The translations under genes were made by a program, and so were the position numbers. A DNA stretch of 64,000 bases, taken from assembly GCA_035523795.1 (NCBI GenBank), contig DATKQB010000113.1, forward strand, positions 999 to 64,998, read 5' to 3'. Below the pieces are notes generated by a model that ran no database searches, was not told where the DNA came from, and saw nothing but the letters and a program-made list of their open reading frames with translations. Shown here one piece after another: positions 1 through 10,092 of this stretch. The DNA is from Verrucomicrobiia bacterium. Lineage in GTDB: Bacteria; Acidobacteriota; Terriglobia; Terriglobales; Acidobacteriaceae. Within the stretch, counting starts at the first letter, position 1; each line of letters begins with the position of its first letter.

Positions 1-677
1 TCGTGATCATTAAAGGTCACGCAGGGAGAGACGACGTCGAGCATGACGGTGCCTTTGTGGGCGATGGCGGCTTTCAGCATGGCGCTGAGCTGGCGCTTGT
101 CGCCGGAGAAGGAACGGCCAACCAGCGTGGCCCCGAGCTGAATCGCGAGGGCGCAGGTGTCAATCGGAGGAAGATCGTTGGCGATGCCGGTCTTCAGGCG
201 CGAACCGAGATCGGCGGTCGCGGAGAATTGGCCTTTAGTGAGGCCATAAACGCCATTGTCTTCGATGATGTAGATGATCGGGAGATTGCGGCGCATGAGA
301 TGGATGAATTGGCCGATGCCGATCGATGCCGTGTCGCCGTCGCCGCTCACGCCGATGCAAACAAGTTTGTGGTTGGCGAGAAGCGCGCCGGTGGCGACGG
401 AGGGCATGCGTCCATGAACCGCGTTGAAGCTGTGCGAGCGGCTAAGGAAATAGGCTGGAGTTTTTGAGGAGCATCCGATGCCGCTGGGCTTGATGACGAA
501 TTCGGGCTCAACGCCCATCTCGTACATGGCTTCGATGATGCGTTCGGAGATGGCATTATGACCGCATCCGGCGCAGAGCGTGGTCTTGCCGCCTTTGTAG
601 TCGATGACGGTGAGGCCGATGCGATTGGTCTTCGGTCCGGGTGCGGAAGTGCCGGGTTCAACAGTCGTGGTCGACAT
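1..677 (-). CDS. korB: 2-oxoglutarate/2-oxoacid:ferredoxin oxidoreductase beta (TPP-binding) subunit; C-terminal end cut by window edge
   Basis: Not in the ORF track because it runs off the window. Hand translation of the minus strand from the ATG at 677-675 gives MSTTTVEPGTSAPGPKTNRIGLTVIDYKGGKTTLCAGCGHNAISERII...GVSGDGDTASIGIGQF, containing CxGCGH and the GDGD thiamine-PP motif. The start overlaps the korA stop as TAATG. Confidence 0.85.
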   Translation of the reverse strand, partial: MSTTTVEPGTSAPGPKTNRIGLTVIDYKGGKTTLCAGCGHNAISERIIEAMYEMGVEPEFVIKPSGIGCSSKTPAYFLSRSHSFNAVHGRMPSVATGALLANHKLVCIGVSGDGDTASIGIGQFIHLMRRNLPIIYIIEDNGVYGLTKGQFSATADLGSRLKTGIANDLPPIDTCALAIQLGATLVGRSFSGDKRQLSAMLKAAIAHKGTVMLDVVSPCVTFNDH

Positions 678-2515
678 TATTTCCCCTCCATGCTGGTTAG
701 TTCGTCGGTGATGGAGCGCGCGTCGAGCGGCAATCCGGTGATGTGGGCGATGCTGCGCAGGCGGCCGATTAATTCGGGCTTGAGATCGAGCTTGAGCAGC
801 GAGAGCATCTGCGCGTCGCGGTTCTGCTCGACCAGATAGATGCGTTCATGCTGCTCGATAAATTCGTGCACCTCGCGCGTGAAAGGATAAGCGCGCAGGC
901 GGAGATAGTCGGTTTCGATGTGATATTCCTCGCGCATCTGGTCGCGACTCTCGGTGATGCCCCAATGCGAGGTGCCGTAGCCGATGATGCCGATCTTCGC
1001 GTTGTTTCCCTTGGTGATTTCCGGCCGCGGAACGAAAGAACGCGCGGTTTCGAATTTGCGATTCAGGCGCTCCATGTTGTTTTCGAAATCGTCGGCGCGC
1101 TCGCTGTATTGCGCTTTTTCGTTGTGGCCGCTGCCGCGCGCGAAATACGCGGCGTGAGGATGCGATGTGCCCGGCAGCGTCCGATATCCGATACCGTCCC
1201 CGTCGATGTCCTTGTAGCGGGCGAAACCGCCGAGGCGGTCAAGATCCTCTTTGCCCAGAACTTTGCCGCGTTTGATCAGAGTCGTGGGATACGTGAAGGG
1301 ATCGGACATCCAATTGTTCATGCCGAGGTCGAGATCGGACATGACGAAGACGAGAGTCTGGAATTGCTCGGCGAGATTGAAGGCTTCTGTTGCCATGCTG
1401 AAGCATTCTTCGACTGAGCAGGGAATCAGCATGATGTGCTTGGTGTCGCCGTGAGAAAGTACGGCGGTGGAAAGAATGTCGCCTTGCGAAGTGCGCGTGG
1501 GAAGACCAGTGGAAGGACCGACGCGTTGGATGTCCCAGATGACGCCGGGAACTTCCACGTAATAGGCGAGGCCGGCAAATTCAGCCATAAGTGAAATTCC
1601 GGGGCCGGCAGTTGCCGTCATGGAGCGCGCACCCGCCCATCCGGCGCCGATGACCATGCCGATGGCGGCGAGTTCATCTTCTGCCTGCACGATGGCGAAC
1701 GTCGCCTTGCCGTCGGGACCGATGCGGTATTCCTTCATGTACTCGATCATCGTTTCAACCAGCGATGACGAAGGAGTGATCGGATACCAGGTGACAACGG
1801 TGCATCCGGCAAACATGCAGCCGAGCGCGGCGGCGGAGTTGCCATCAATGATGATCTTGCCGGCAGTCTTATCCATGCGCTCGATGTAGAACGCGCCGCG
1901 CTTTTCGAGATTGGCTTTCGCGTATTCGAATCCAGCTTGCGCCGCGGCAAGATTGAGATTCGCGGCTTTCACTTTCTTCGCGAACTGCTTGCGGATGGCC
2001 TTTTCGATTTCGGCCATCTCGATGGTCAGCAAGTTGGCGACGACGCCTACGTAAACCATGTTCTTGACGAGCTTACGCAGCTTGGCTTCCGGGCAGACCT
2101 GGGCGACGATCTTGTCGTAAGGGACGGAATAAAAAACCAGATCATTGCGCAGCTTGTGCAGTTGCAGAGGATCGTCGTAGAGAACCGAAGCGCCGGGGGC
2201 GAGAGACATCACGTCTTCGGTCGCGGTTTCGGGATTCATGGCGACAAGGAAATCGATTTCCTTCTTGCGGCCAATGTAGCCGTTCTTATTGGCGCGAATC
2301 GTGTACCACGTGGGAAGGCCGGCAATGTTCGAAGGGAACATATTCTTGCCGGAGACGGGAACCCCCATCTGAAAGATGCTGCGAAGAAGAACTGTATTTG
2401 AGCTTTGTGATCCGGAACCGTTCACCGTCGCGACCTGAATGCTCATGTCGTTGACGATGCGCTTGCGCCCCATCCCACCGGCTGACTCGTGGGGCACGAC
2501 ATCGGTAGTGGCCAT
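677..2515 (-). CDS. korA: 2-oxoglutarate/2-oxoacid:ferredoxin oxidoreductase alpha subunit (fused gamma-alpha type)
   Basis: 612 aa ORF with typical KorA/PorA-like sequence (GNSAAALGCMFAGCTVVTWYPITPSS, AEDELAAIGMVIGAGWAGARSMTATAGPGISLM). Translationally coupled to korB. Confidence 0.9.
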   Translation of the reverse strand: MATTDVVPHESAGGMGRKRIVNDMSIQVATVNGSGSQSSNTVLLRSIFQMGVPVSGKNMFPSNIAGLPTWYTIRANKNGYIGRKKEIDFLVAMNPETATEDVMSLAPGASVLYDDPLQLHKLRNDLVFYSVPYDKIVAQVCPEAKLRKLVKNMVYVGVVANLLTIEMAEIEKAIRKQFAKKVKAANLNLAAAQAGFEYAKANLEKRGAFYIERMDKTAGKIIIDGNSAAALGCMFAGCTVVTWYPITPSSSLVETMIEYMKEYRIGPDGKATFAIVQAEDELAAIGMVIGAGWAGARSMTATAGPGISLMAEFAGLAYYVEVPGVIWDIQRVGPSTGLPTRTSQGDILSTAVLSHGDTKHIMLIPCSVEECFSMATEAFNLAEQFQTLVFVMSDLDLGMNNWMSDPFTYPTTLIKRGKVLGKEDLDRLGGFARYKDIDGDGIGYRTLPGTSHPHAAYFARGSGHNEKAQYSERADDFENNMERLNRKFETARSFVPRPEITKGNNAKIGIIGYGTSHWGITESRDQMREEYHIETDYLRLRAYPFTREVHEFIEQHERIYLVEQNRDAQMLSLLKLDLKPELIGRLRSIAHITGLPLDARSITDELTSMEGK

Positions 2516-2723
2516 CCCAACACCTTCCTTCAGTTAACGGGCGAACCCTGGCCCGTGATTGTGGAGTAGGAGAACTTACTCATTATAAGGCGGAGCGTTC
2601 GTTTCGTGGGAGCAAATGGCGCGCCTGAAACGGACAGGAACCTGAGTTGAAAACGAGGAGTCACCGCATCGAATGCCCTACAAACTCAAGGCCCTCCGGT
2701 CCGGTGCTTCGGGAATGACGAAT

Positions 2724-3677
2724 CTATTCAGTCCTGAAGAACTGGGCCATGTTGCGGAACTTATTGTATCGTGACACGACCAAATCGGCAGGGGAGATCT
2801 TTTTCAGTTCAGCCAGCTGCTTCTGCAGGCTTACGTCGAGAAGATTGGCGGCGGCTTCATGGTCGCGGTGAGCACCACCTTCCGGCTCAGGGACAATAGC
2901 GTCAATGACGCCGAGCTCTTTCAGATCGTCGGCTGTGATGCGCATGGCCTCGGCGGCGAGCTCTTTTTTTGTAGCATCGCGCCACATGATGGCAGCGCAA
3001 CCTTCCGGCGAGATGACGGAATAAATGGAGTTTTCCATCATAAGGACGCGGTCCGCGACAGCAATAGCCAACGCTCCGCCACTTCCGCCAACGCCGATGA
3101 CGGTGGCGATAATCGGCACTTCGAGGCGCGCCATTTCGCGCAAATTGTAGGCAATGGCTTCGGCTTGTCCGCGCTCTTCGGCCTGCACGCCCGGGTAAGC
3201 GCCGTCAGTATCGATGAGAGTGAAAATCGGGCGATGAAATTTCGCGGCGATTTGCATGATCCGCAGGGCCTTGCGGTAGCCTTCCGGATGCGGCGTGCCG
3301 AAGTTGCGGAAGACGCGCTGCTTCATGTCGCGTCCTTTTTGCGTGCCAACGAGCAGGACTTCCTCGCCGTGAAAGCGGGCCATGCCGCAGACGATGGCGG
3401 CGTCATCGCCAAATCCGCGGTCGCCATGAATTTCGCTGAAGTCGGTGAAGACGCGCTCCACGTAGTCGAGCGTCTGAGGACGCTGAGGATGGCGGGCGAG
3501 TTCTGTTTTCTGCCAGGCGTTCGAAACTACGCTCATTTCGCGCCGGAGAGTGTCGATCCGCTCCTGCAACTGGGCGATCTCGCGGCGCGTCTCGGCGCTG
3601 GCGCCATTCAACTTGAGATGCGCGACCTGGCGCTCAATCTGTTCGAGTTCCTGTTGCACTTTTTCGGAAGCGGCCAT
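2724..3677 (-). CDS. accA: acetyl-CoA carboxylase carboxyltransferase alpha subunit
   Basis: 317 aa with an N-terminal coiled segment, then ARHPQRPQTLDY...IDTDGAYPGVQAEERGQAEAIA...GSGGALA, characteristic of AccA. Confidence 0.93.
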   Translation of the reverse strand: MAASEKVQQELEQIERQVAHLKLNGASAETRREIAQLQERIDTLRREMSVVSNAWQKTELARHPQRPQTLDYVERVFTDFSEIHGDRGFGDDAAIVCGMARFHGEEVLLVGTQKGRDMKQRVFRNFGTPHPEGYRKALRIMQIAAKFHRPIFTLIDTDGAYPGVQAEERGQAEAIAYNLREMARLEVPIIATVIGVGGSGGALAIAVADRVLMMENSIYSVISPEGCAAIMWRDATKKELAAEAMRITADDLKELGVIDAIVPEPEGGAHRDHEAAANLLDVSLQKQLAELKKISPADLVVSRYNKFRNMAQFFRTE

Positions 3678-3726
3678 CGAACTTGATGTCCCTCAGCGGC
3701 TCAACCCGCTTCTGACGCCCTTCTAT

Positions 3727-3753
3727 GCGGCGCGGCTGAAGCCACGCCCTTTC
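3727..3753. repeat. small hairpin repeat, family C (GGCRCGRCT-RAAG-YCRYGCC followed by CTTYC)
   Basis: gcggcgcggctgaagccacgccctttc lies in the accA-dnaE spacer. A second copy is at 41872-41898, with compensatory stem changes (cgGct/agCc versus cgAct/agTc). Confidence 0.55.
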
Positions 3754-3796
3754 TAATCAACGCGCGTTTTCCGGCACGAGTAACCTGGCGCCCTTT

Positions 3797-3834
3797 CCCA
3801 TGTCTCGCAAAAACGACAAAACATGGGGCATCCC
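3797..3834. repeat. small hairpin repeat, family A (CCCAYGTCTCG...ACATGGGGCATSCC)
   Basis: cccatgtctcgcaaaaacgacaaaacatggggcatccc. The arms cccatgt/acatggg can pair. A related copy is at 35935-35972. It sits just downstream of the dnaE stop and may be a terminator or REP-like element. Confidence 0.5.
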
Positions 3835-3854
3835 ATTCACTCAGAGATCCAAGG

Positions 3855-6800
3855 CTAGCTGATGATTCTTACGCTGCCTCGACCGCAAAGCTCCTCAACA
3901 CGGGCAATGAAATTGCGGTCTGGAACGACATTATATCCGTCCGCCTCCATGACCACCATGAAATCGCCCTGACGTTCCACGTCAAACAATACGCGGGCCT
4001 CTCCCTTGCGCTCCAGAAAGAGCGCGTGCAGGTCGTTAACAGTGGTTTCGGCAGAGGTTTCGAGCGGGATGCGGATGCGGATGGCGCGAGGGAGGGGAAC
4101 CTTCGCATCTTCGAGCGGCATGATTTCCGCGGCGGTGATCTTGGGGTTCGCCCCTTCTTCAATGCGAACTCCTGCTTTGATCAGTACGGGAACCTCGAGT
4201 TTCACTTTGTCGCCGAGGCGCTTGTAGGCCTCAGGAAAGACAATCAAGTCGATCGAACCCGACATGTCTTCGAGCGTGGCCTGCGCGTAGAAGTCGCCCC
4301 GCTTCGATTTGAGCACGCGCACGTTGCAGATGATCCCGGCGGTCGTGATGGTTTCATCCTTGCCGGTGGATCGCGTCATGGCGGCGATTTCCTGGATACT
4401 CAGCGCCTGCAGATCCTGCAACTTGTCTTTGTATTTTTCGAGCGGATGTCCGGTGATGAAGAAACCCAGGATCTCTTTTTCCGCGGCCAGGCGCGTGTGC
4501 TCATCCCAGTCAGGAACGCTGGGAAGTTTGTCATTCGCCGGAGCCGCGTCATCCTGGAAGACGCCAAACAGGCCATGCTGGCCGGATTCCGCGTCCCGCT
4601 GGGCTTTCTGCGCCTGCTCCATGGCCTTATCGAGAACTGCGATCAGTTGACTGCGACCGCCCATCGAATCCATGGCGCCGCTTTTGATCAGAGATTCGAC
4701 GACGCGCTTGTTGAGCAGGCGAAGGTCGACGTTTTCGCAGAATTCGAAAATGGATTTGAAACGCCCGAGTTTCTTGCGAGCGGCGACGATGGATTCGATG
4801 GCATTACCGCCGACATTTTTGACGGCGGCGAGGCCGAAGCGGATCGATTCTCCGTGTGGAGTAAAGTTCGCGTCGGAGACGTTGATGTCGGGAGCTTCCA
4901 CGGCAATGCCCATTTCGCGGCATTCATTGATGTACTTGACGACGTCATCGGTCGATCCCGTCACCGAGGTGAGCAGCGCGGCCATAAACTCGACGGGATA
5001 GTGCGTCTTTAAGTAAGCCGTGTGATAGGCAAGGAGCGCATAGGCGGCCGAGTGGGATTTATTGAAACCGTAGCCCGCGAACTGCGCCATGAGATCGAAA
5101 ATCTTCTCTATCTTTTTCGGTGGAAACTTGCGTTGGCTTGCTCCTTCGATGAAACGTTCGCGTTGCTGCGCCATCTCTTCCGGTTTCTTCTTGCCCATGG
5201 CGCGGCGAAGCAGATCGGCTTCGCCGAGGGAATATCCGGCGAGACGGTTGGCGATCTGCATGACCTGTTCCTGATAGACGATCACGCCCAGCGTCTCTTC
5301 GAGGATCTCTTTCAGTTCCGGCAATTCGTATTCGACTTTCTTCCGGCCATGCTTGCGATCGACAAAGTCGTCGATCATGCCGCCCTGAATCGGACCCGGG
5401 CGGTAGAGCGCATTGAGGGCTGTGAGATCTTCGATGGAGTTCGGCTTGTAACGCCGCAGCACGTCGCGCATGCCATGCGATTCAAACTGGAATACGCCCG
5501 ACGTCAGGCCGCTATGAAAAACCCTTTCGTAGGTTCTCTGGTCTTCCAGAGGAATGTCATCGAGTGTGCGCGGAACCTGCTTGGGCCAATCCTGCTCCTT
5601 GCTGAGAACGGGCATTCCGGCATCTTTGCCGTGGGTCTGCGCGATTAATTTCAGCGCATCGGTGAGGATGGTTAGCGTGGTGAGGCCGAGGAAATCCATC
5701 TTCAACAGTCCCATCTTCTCGATGGCGACCATGTCGAAGGCGGTCACGATTTCGTCGTTCTTGGTTTTATGCAGCGGGACGAGTTCGGTGAGCGGGCGCG
5801 GAGAAATCACCACTCCAGCAGCATGCACGCCAGAGTTGCGCACAAGGCCTTCGAGTTTGCGCGCGGTTTGAAAGAGTTCGCGAATCTGCCCGTCTTTCTC
5901 GATCGCCTCGCGCAATTGCGGCGAATCTTCGATGGCCTCTTCCAGCGTAATGTTGAGCTGGGTCGGGACCATCTTGGCGATGCGGTCGACGTCGGCGTAA
6001 GGGATGTCCATCGCGCGGCCAACATCTTTGATCGCGGCCTTGGCGGCCATGGTTCCGAAGGTGATGATCTGGGCAACATTATCGCGGCCGTATTTTCGCG
6101 TGACGTAATCGATGACCTCGCCGCGGCGGTTCATGCAGAAATCGATGTCGATATCGGGCATCGACACACGCTCGGGGTTGAGAAAGCGCTCGAAAAGAAG
6201 TTCGTGCTGAAGAGGATCGATGTCAGTGATGCCGAGCGCATAGGAGACGAGCGATCCTGCGGCCGAGCCGCGGCCCGGGCCGACGGGGATGTCGCGCTCT
6301 TTGGCGTAGCGAATGAAGTCCCACACAATGAGGAAGTAGCCGGGAAACTTCATCTGCTGAATGATGCCGAGTTCGCGCTCCAGCCGCTGTTCGTAGTCGG
6401 CGAGCGAGTGCTTGAGTTTCCCCTGGCTGCTTAGCGTGCGCAGAGTTTCGAGGCGCCGCGCGAAGCCTTCGCGAGCCACGTGCACAAAGTAGCTGTCGAT
6501 GGTGTAGCCCGCCGGGACTTCGAACTGCGGAAACGGCGTCGCGACTTTTTCCAGGCGAACGCTGCAGCGTTCGGCGATATCGACTGTACGCGTGAGGACT
6601 TCGGGAGAATCTTTGAAGACGCGTGCCATCTCGGTGCCGTTCTTGACGAAGAACTGCGTGCCATCAAACTTCATGCGCGCGGTGTCGCGGATAGATTTTC
6701 CCGTCTGAATGCAGACCATCACGTCCTGCGCGTGGGCGTCGTCTTCGCAGAGATAGTGGCTGTCGTTGGTTGCCACCAGCTGCAGCCCGAGATCTTTTTC

Positions 6801-7385
6801 CAGCTTGAATAAGCCGGGATGAATGCGGTGCTCGAGGTCGAGGCCCTGGTCCTGAATTTCGAGATAGAAATTGTCTTTGCCGAATATGTCGGTGAATTGT
6901 CCGGCAGCAGCGCGGGCAGCTTCGTAGTTGTTCTCGACCAGGCGTTCTGCCACTTCGCCTTTGAGGCATCCGGAAAGACCGATCAGGCCGCGCGAGTGCT
7001 CGGCTAGAAATCTCTTGCTCACTCGCGGCTTGTAATAAAAGCCGTGCAACGAGGCTTCGGACGTGATCTTGACAAGATTGCGGTAGCCTTCGTCGTTCTC
7101 GGCGAGCACAAGCAGGTGGTTGTAGGTGTCGCCCTCGGGCGGCGTGCGCTCAATGTTGTGATCGTCCTTTTTGCAGATGTAGAGCTCGCACCCGATGATC
7201 GGCTTGACCCCATGCTTATGTGCGGCGTTGACGAAGTGCACGGCGCCGAAGATGTTGCCGTGATCGGTCATGGCCACGGCGGGCATGCCGAGTTCGTGGA
7301 CGCGCTGGCAGAGTTTTTCGACGTCGCAAGCGCCGTCGAGCAGGGAATAGTCCGTATGCAGATGCAAGTGGACGAATTGAGACAT
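3855..7385 (-). CDS. dnaE: DNA polymerase III alpha subunit
   Basis: 1176 aa. N-terminal PHP domain (FVHLHLHTDYSLLDGA), then polymerase core, HhH and OB-fold regions typical of DnaE. Confidence 0.97.
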   Translation of the reverse strand: MSQFVHLHLHTDYSLLDGACDVEKLCQRVHELGMPAVAMTDHGNIFGAVHFVNAAHKHGVKPIIGCELYICKKDDHNIERTPPEGDTYNHLLVLAENDEGYRNLVKITSEASLHGFYYKPRVSKRFLAEHSRGLIGLSGCLKGEVAERLVENNYEAARAAAGQFTDIFGKDNFYLEIQDQGLDLEHRIHPGLFKLEKDLGLQLVATNDSHYLCEDDAHAQDVMVCIQTGKSIRDTARMKFDGTQFFVKNGTEMARVFKDSPEVLTRTVDIAERCSVRLEKVATPFPQFEVPAGYTIDSYFVHVAREGFARRLETLRTLSSQGKLKHSLADYEQRLERELGIIQQMKFPGYFLIVWDFIRYAKERDIPVGPGRGSAAGSLVSYALGITDIDPLQHELLFERFLNPERVSMPDIDIDFCMNRRGEVIDYVTRKYGRDNVAQIITFGTMAAKAAIKDVGRAMDIPYADVDRIAKMVPTQLNITLEEAIEDSPQLREAIEKDGQIRELFQTARKLEGLVRNSGVHAAGVVISPRPLTELVPLHKTKNDEIVTAFDMVAIEKMGLLKMDFLGLTTLTILTDALKLIAQTHGKDAGMPVLSKEQDWPKQVPRTLDDIPLEDQRTYERVFHSGLTSGVFQFESHGMRDVLRRYKPNSIEDLTALNALYRPGPIQGGMIDDFVDRKHGRKKVEYELPELKEILEETLGVIVYQEQVMQIANRLAGYSLGEADLLRRAMGKKKPEEMAQQRERFIEGASQRKFPPKKIEKIFDLMAQFAGYGFNKSHSAAYALLAYHTAYLKTHYPVEFMAALLTSVTGSTDDVVKYINECREMGIAVEAPDINVSDANFTPHGESIRFGLAAVKNVGGNAIESIVAARKKLGRFKSIFEFCENVDLRLLNKRVVESLIKSGAMDSMGGRSQLIAVLDKAMEQAQKAQRDAESGQHGLFGVFQDDAAPANDKLPSVPDWDEHTRLAAEKEILGFFITGHPLEKYKDKLQDLQALSIQEIAAMTRSTGKDETITTAGIICNVRVLKSKRGDFYAQATLEDMSGSIDLIVFPEAYKRLGDKVKLEVPVLIKAGVRIEEGANPKITAAEIMPLEDAKVPLPRAIRIRIPLETSAETTVNDLHALFLERKGEARVLFDVERQGDFMVVMEADGYNVVPDRNFIARVEELCGRGSVRIIS

Positions 7386-7548
7386 GGGCTAAAGCTAGTT
7401 TAGCGCAACACTGACAGAGGAAAAATTGGTAAAGCTGTGGGATTCTAGGGACAGTTTCCTCTGAGTTCCGGCCCAACAGCATTACCCCGCATTTCTATGT
7501 TGCGCGAGTACAACGACGTTTATGATAGGCGCGCCCACGGAGATCCTC

Positions 7549-8073
7549 ATGTCGAAAACACAAGACCAGAGCTTACTCTTGGCCCTGCTCGATTCTTGGG
7601 ACCGCAATAATACGATCCTCGTTAACTTGCTTCGCATCCTGCCCAAAGACAGCCTGAGAGCTCGCGCGACACCGGATAGTCCCACGGTCATCGAGATGTT
7701 CAACCATATCCATTACGTCCGCCTGATCTTCATCTCCGAAGACGCTCCAGAGCTTTCCCCACCCTTGCCCGTCACGTGGACCGAAGAGGACGATCGTGAT
7801 CGGGTCGCACAGATGCTCGAAGAAAGCGGGAGGGCGGTGCGCGATATCGTCCGGAACCGGATCGAAACTGGCAAAGATATGCAACTCCATTACGACCATC
7901 CAATCCTTTTCGTGCAGCATATGATTTGGCACGAGGGTTACCATCACGGCCAAGTGAAGGTGGCGCTGAAGGTGATGGGAGTTCCGATCGCAAATGAGCA
8001 GGCGGGGCCGGTCACCTGGCGTGTTTGGATGGATAAAGCGAAGCTGGTCGACGATGGCAGCAAAGGCCTCTAG
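7549..8073 (+). CDS. DinB/YfiT-like superfamily protein
   Basis: A His-containing four-helix-bundle-like pattern (MFNHIHYVRL ... MIWHEGYHHGQ). The ATG at 7549 has GGAG 6 nt upstream. The track ORF starts at 7522. Confidence 0.55.
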   Translation: MSKTQDQSLLLALLDSWDRNNTILVNLLRILPKDSLRARATPDSPTVIEMFNHIHYVRLIFISEDAPELSPPLPVTWTEEDDRDRVAQMLEESGRAVRDIVRNRIETGKDMQLHYDHPILFVQHMIWHEGYHHGQVKVALKVMGVPIANEQAGPVTWRVWMDKAKLVDDGSKGL

Positions 8074-8143
8074 CTCTGGGAATTCATGGGTTGTAGACCA
8101 CTGCGTTCTTGCGCATAAGGCTCCCCGCCAGGCCTCGGCCTCT

Positions 8144-9019
8144 TCATTTCGTGATGGACGTTCCCGCGCCCATTAGAATCAGAGAGCGTTCGGCGAAAGG
8201 GACATACAGCAGAATGGCGGTGAGGCCGAGGGCGAGGCCGTATCCGATTTGTGCGAGCAGCAGAAACGGAGCGAGCGCCCAGAGCTCGTCCAACGGAAAG
8301 AGAAGCGGGAACAGCCGGAGAAATTTGTCGCGTAAGCCGGGGGCGTTAAAACCGGCGGCGGCGATCAAATAAAGACGAACGGGAATGCCAACGATCGCGG
8401 TGACGATCAGCAGAACGATCGCCCACAGAGGACTCGCCAACATGGAAGCCACGATTTCCTGAACGACGTGCAAACGGGCGAGAGAGATCAGATAGAAGCA
8501 GAGATACATGATCTGCAAAAGCAGAAACAGGATTCGCACCAGTCGCGCGGAAGCGGGAGGTAGTTCGTGCGCGCTGGTCAGAAGACCAGCCGAGGTGTTT
8601 TTCATGGGTGCCGCGACGGTCTGTTGCGGCGATGGATCGGATGGCGACACGCTGAACGGAGCACCGTTCGTTTCGTCAGGCGTGGGGACTTCGACCGGCG
8701 CTACGAAACGATATCCACGGCGGGCGAGAGTTTCAATGAAACGCGGGTTGGTGGCAGAGTCGCCGAGCACATCGCGAATCCTGTTCACCGCAGTATTGAG
8801 GCTGTGGTCGAAGTCGACGAACGTGCCATCCGGCCAAAGGCGATCGCGAATCTCGGTGCGCAGAACGACTTCTCCCGGCCGCTCCAGCAGCATTACCAAA
8901 ATCTCGAAAGGCTGTCCGGTGAGGGAAACCACGCGACCCTGCTTCCGCATCTCTCCACTGCGCGGCTCGACTTCGAAAGGGCCGAACCGGAAGCAGCGTT
9001 TTTGAGGAAAAGTCTCCAT
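8144..9019 (-). CDS. membrane-anchored winged-helix (OmpR/CadC-type) transcriptional regulator
   Basis: The N-terminus FGPFEVEPRSGEMRKQGRVVSLTGQPFEILVMLLERPGEVV...LARRGYRF matches a trans_reg_C domain. The C-terminal half has about 4 hydrophobic helices. Confidence 0.75.
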   Translation of the reverse strand: METFPQKRCFRFGPFEVEPRSGEMRKQGRVVSLTGQPFEILVMLLERPGEVVLRTEIRDRLWPDGTFVDFDHSLNTAVNRIRDVLGDSATNPRFIETLARRGYRFVAPVEVPTPDETNGAPFSVSPSDPSPQQTVAAPMKNTSAGLLTSAHELPPASARLVRILFLLLQIMYLCFYLISLARLHVVQEIVASMLASPLWAIVLLIVTAIVGIPVRLYLIAAAGFNAPGLRDKFLRLFPLLFPLDELWALAPFLLLAQIGYGLALGLTAILLYVPFAERSLILMGAGTSITK

Positions 9020-9186
9020 TCCGGCTCTTAGTTTACCTTCTGAACTTCCTTTTGATTTGTCTGATCTTGCCGTAAGCCACAGTGATCACAAGAGTTAGAG
9101 ATTGAGAAGAAATTTACCTCGGATTGAGGCGGAATGCATTGCCGCGACGGTGCTGACGCGTCATTCTGCGCTTGAGGTCAGCCGCT

Positions 9187-10032
9187 ATGGACGTCGTCGC
9201 TAAGCAGATCACGGTTACGAAAATCACCGCTCTGTTCGTTGTGCTGATGTCGGCGCGGCTCAGCGGAGCGCAACCTTCCCCGCAAACATTGCAGGCATTC
9301 GACGCCTATGTCGCGCAAGCCGAAGCCCGCATTGCTCATAAGCGCGGTTCGAAAACGATGTTTCTCAGCCTGGATTTGCTTTCGGCCGAAAAGCGCTCTG
9401 AGATCGTCAATCGGCTGAAGAGCGGAGAGATCGTCATTGAAAGGCAAGGAAACGACAGGCCAGGAAACGGGAAGCAGGAAGACGCTCCGGCTGAGACTCC
9501 CGGCGGCTTGATCCACGATTGGAGCGGAGTGGTCTTCATCCCCGGCGCGACGATTGGGCAGGTTTTGGCCGTGGTGCAGGATTACGACCACATGACGCGC
9601 TATTACGCTCCGGACGTGATGCAGTCGCGGCTCATCTCGCGCTCCGGCGACGACATGCGCGTCTTCATGCGCATGCGCAAACACAAAGTCATCACGGTTG
9701 TCTTGGATACCGAATACGACGTGCATTATGGGCGCATCGACGCGGCGCATCAGTTCAGTTCTTCGCGCAGCACGCGCGTCACCGAAGTTGCCGACGCAGA
9801 TGCGGGGAGTGAGCGCGCGGCCGGTCAGGATCACGGCTTTATGTGGAAGCTGAATTCGTATTGGGCGTTCGAACAGGCCGACGGCGGAGTTTATGTGGAA
9901 TGCGAAGCGATTTCGCTGACGCGGGACATTCCCGCGGGGCTTGGCTGGCTCGTTGGACCGTTCATCAGCAGTATTCCGCGCGAGTCGCTGGAGTTCACAC
10001 TAAGCCGGACAAAAGCGGCGTTTGCGCAGTGA
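9187..10032 (+). CDS. hypothetical secreted protein (possible SRPBCC/START-like fold)
   Basis: Hydrophobic N-terminus ending in ARLSGAQ. I recognise no diagnostic motif; the fold guess is weak. Confidence 0.4.
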   Translation: MDVVAKQITVTKITALFVVLMSARLSGAQPSPQTLQAFDAYVAQAEARIAHKRGSKTMFLSLDLLSAEKRSEIVNRLKSGEIVIERQGNDRPGNGKQEDAPAETPGGLIHDWSGVVFIPGATIGQVLAVVQDYDHMTRYYAPDVMQSRLISRSGDDMRVFMRMRKHKVITVVLDTEYDVHYGRIDAAHQFSSSRSTRVTEVADADAGSERAAGQDHGFMWKLNSYWAFEQADGGVYVECEAISLTRDIPAGLGWLVGPFISSIPRESLEFTLSRTKAAFAQ

Positions 10033-10092
10033 GGCAGGGCCAAACCCCGAAATCGTTCAGGCCAAATGATCAATATTCATGGGAGGGTTGCA

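Noticed and set aside
3-467. 154-aa plus-strand ORF at the window start
   Set aside because: It is antisense to the clearly coding korB frame on the minus strand (CxGCGH and GDGD TPP motifs).
2582-2587. TATAAT hexamer (minus strand) 67 nt upstream of korA
   Set aside because: No suitably spaced -35 element is present, and promoter consensus for this lineage is uncertain. There is too little support to call a promoter.
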